This document shows, one piece after another, positions 61,324 to 64,000 of a DNA stretch of 64,000 bases. The position numbers and the translations under genes are program-made. This DNA comes from Amphiscolops sp. MND2022 (lineage: Eukaryota): NCBI GenBank assembly GCA_964187785.1, contig OZ076413.1:41666001-41730000 (forward strand), read 5' to 3'. The notes under the pieces are model-generated. The model made no database searches. It saw only the letters and a program-made list of their open reading frames with translations, and was not told where the DNA came from. Position 1 is the stretch's first letter; each line of letters opens with the position of its first letter.

Positions 61324-63707
61324 GTTTTTAAGTAGTCGGCAGAGTGTATTTAGTCGATGAGCTCATGAAACGAAACTGTGATAACGAGTTTATAGTGTAA
61401 AGTAATGGCTGTTGAATGGATCTACCGAAGACGTGAACCAGGCATCAAGTCGAGTTCCGAGCCAGTAAATGGAAAATATGTGACGAAAAAGATGTGAAAA
61501 GTTGAAATTTTGTTCGGTTGAAATCCAAAATACCATTGTTAATGGCTGTTTGTGGCAGAAGGGCCTTTCATCCTTGCAATCATTTGGGCCACTTGTGATT
61601 TACTTTTTTTGAGAAATGTAGTGGACCTTAAACTAGATTACATATGTCAAGTTTTTGAAGGAAAATAAATTTCCAAATATTGAACTAAAATTACATGGAA
61701 TTTGAGTCCACGTGAATAAGCTGGCTACAGTTATCATTTATAACATGAAAAAATTACAACTTACCCAATATTGAAATACCATGGCTCGAAAGATACCAAA
61801 AGTAAGGTTATGATGACGCCAATGCACCAAATCAGCAATAGCTTTTTTGGCAATAATAATAAAATCTAGACTGCTCATCAGTAGCTTTGTATTTCGAAGG
61901 GGCTGTCTCAACTGTAATTGTGCATCCCACAAAGGCAGTGAATTATTGCGGTGGCGGCAATATTGGTAAACAAGGTATCCATTCTTTGCTGTCTCCTTCA
62001 ATGGGCGCTTTACTGCATGCATTAATTTCCGTCTGCGTGATCAATAAAAAGCAGACATGGCAATTGAGGTATTTCACGTGTATAATGGCGCGACTGTGTT
62101 TGGTACACTTGCAGCAGTACGGGGGAACATTTGGATTTAGCCCAAAGAAAAACCGAACTGGAGGATAATCTGGCTGTTATTTGCAGCCAGAGCAGACTGG
62201 ACCATTTGTTGATGCAGTAATTGACGCATGTCTTACCATCTTACCATTCATCTTAGAAGTAGTGCTCCAATTCGTGATTAAAGTTCAGATCACAACACAA
62301 TATTTGGTGTGCACCTGTATTTTTTGTTCATATTGTACTTTTATCCGTTCTTCATTCATTGTTTTTTTTTGTTTTCGCACAAATCTTGCTTTGCAAAAAC
62401 AGTTAAGAAAAATGTACCGTAAGATGATTGTGACGCGTCGTCCAAAATAAAAGTGGAAAATCAACCAGTTTATTTGGTGCATGTTTTAAGCAGGTTGATA
62501 ACATTAGGAAACACTGAAGACTTGATTTCCAGAATCCAGGTAACACGAGGAGAGTTTAGGTGCCTGAGATTATCATTGCGTCATTGAATTTGACATATTC
62601 TTGTGTTTTTTGAAGAGTTCTTATACTAAAGAGTTCTTCAAAAATATGCAAAATTCAGCATTTTTAAGGAATCTTTTTGACGAGACTTTTGACTCTTGTC
62701 ATCATAATGGTAAGTTTATTCAGATTACAGTCGGTTGGCTTTTTCATAGCGCCACTGATAGTTGTAACCTCTGCTTCCAAGAAGTTATAATTTATAACCA
62801 ATCAGCTAGGCAAGAGGTTATAACAAGAGGTTATTGAGGGGCCAATTCCGGTCTCTGAGGGTAACTTTCATGTTACACGCATCCGTGATTTTAAAAGAAT
62901 ACGGAGTGGAGACGAGTGTGAATGAATGACGTAATTACTGGAAGCTGAATGAAGTTACTGACCTCCTTGAGAGGTCACTCCGGTCAGTAGTGCTTGTTGG
63001 TAATGACAGGTCAAGTGTAGAATACAATCACTGGAATTTTGTTAGTATTTTCGATCAATAGGAAAGCTCCACCATGCAAAGAATTAGAAGATTCGGAAAT
63101 TGGGTGTTTTTCTTCTTTTGCAACGAATGTTGCTTATAATTAACAGATATTTAAATAAGGTATTAGAGTTTTACGCCGTAATGTTTTTAGGAATTGGGAA
63201 GTTTCTCCTCTTTAAAGAAGTCTCCACGTTGGTCTCGTATAAATTATTGATAAAAAAATTTGAATTTTGCGTGTGTACCTTGCAATATTTTCATATGCCT
63301 AGAAAATTGCATGTGGAGATATCGCCTATTTTTCACAGTTTAGGAAGGTATCTGTGTACTTTTTCCAGATCAGGGCTGATAATTTCACAGGTGGCTTATA
63401 AAATTCGTTCGCACTCTATATTTCTCTGTCGTCTCACTCCTTTGAGGATTCTTTCGTCGTGCCCTTTTGACTTTGTAGATTTTTGCTCATTTCTTTGATA
63501 TGGTAAAAGTATCTTTTCATGACGTCACGCTTTTTGTCATCAGACAATTTTCTAGTCTTGCCGCCCCACTTTTTTGCACATTTGCCCATGTCCCCTTTTA
63601 TTAGTCTACTGCAAAAATATTAGGAACTAAATTAAGTCGTTCCACACAGTAGGTACGTGTTTATTAGTGTACCAAGAAAACCCTGATCACCGTATGAACG
63701 TCCATAT

Positions 63708-63963
63708 GAACGCGATAAACCGTGTTTATATGCAGATATAATTGTATAAAATCAACAGACGCCGTGTTTATTCAATTTACAGTATTTGCATGTAATCCTC
63801 CAGAGATTTCAGGTAGATTTGATTCGCCCTAAATGATTTAGGGCGAATCAAATCTACCTGAAATCTCTGGAGGATTACATGCAAATACTGTAAAATTGAA
63901 TAAACACGGCGTCTGTTGATTTTATACAATTATATCTGCATATAAACACGGTTTATCGCGTTC
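63708..63963. repeat. Near-perfect 256-bp palindrome with 1-nt centre
   Basis: Arms 63708-63834 and 63836-63963 around G63835; one 1-nt indel. Confidence 0.95.
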
Positions 63964-64000
63964 TGTAAAATATTTTCCTTCAATAAAGAAGTAATGAAGA

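Noticed and set aside
61400..63500. Further dynein or other exons
   Set aside because: No recognisable motifs in any frame; short exons cannot be excluded.

Overview
AT-rich, intron-containing animal genomic DNA with a 200-N assembly gap at 11447-11646. The right half (about 29.9-64 kb) holds eight minus-strand exons of an outer-arm axonemal dynein heavy chain (DNAH5/DNAH8 type, AAA1-AAA4). A complete 9-exon HPS3-like gene lies on the plus strand inside one 15.5-kb dynein intron. An SLC22-like transporter gene lies upstream of the first visible dynein exon on the same strand and is probably also nested. The introns carry at least two families of short repeats with Helentron/HINE (DINE-1-like) architecture, some with tRNA-like cassettes, and there are two long near-perfect palindromes. 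The left half (1-29.9 kb) is a stack of decayed transposons: an 8.1-kb unit bounded by direct repeats of at least 1.4 kb, LINE remnants (one preceded by an SGNH-esterase-like extra ORF), a DD37E (TRT) Tc1-like transposase, and a LINE containing a Mutator-like MITE and a 3954-bp Ty3/gypsy element. That gypsy element is the most interesting candidate: 137-bp TG..TA LTRs, a clean 5-bp TSD, no tRNA-type primer site, and a primer-site position complementary to its own predicted transcript 5' end (possible Tf1-like self-priming). All calls were made by eye; no database searches were run.
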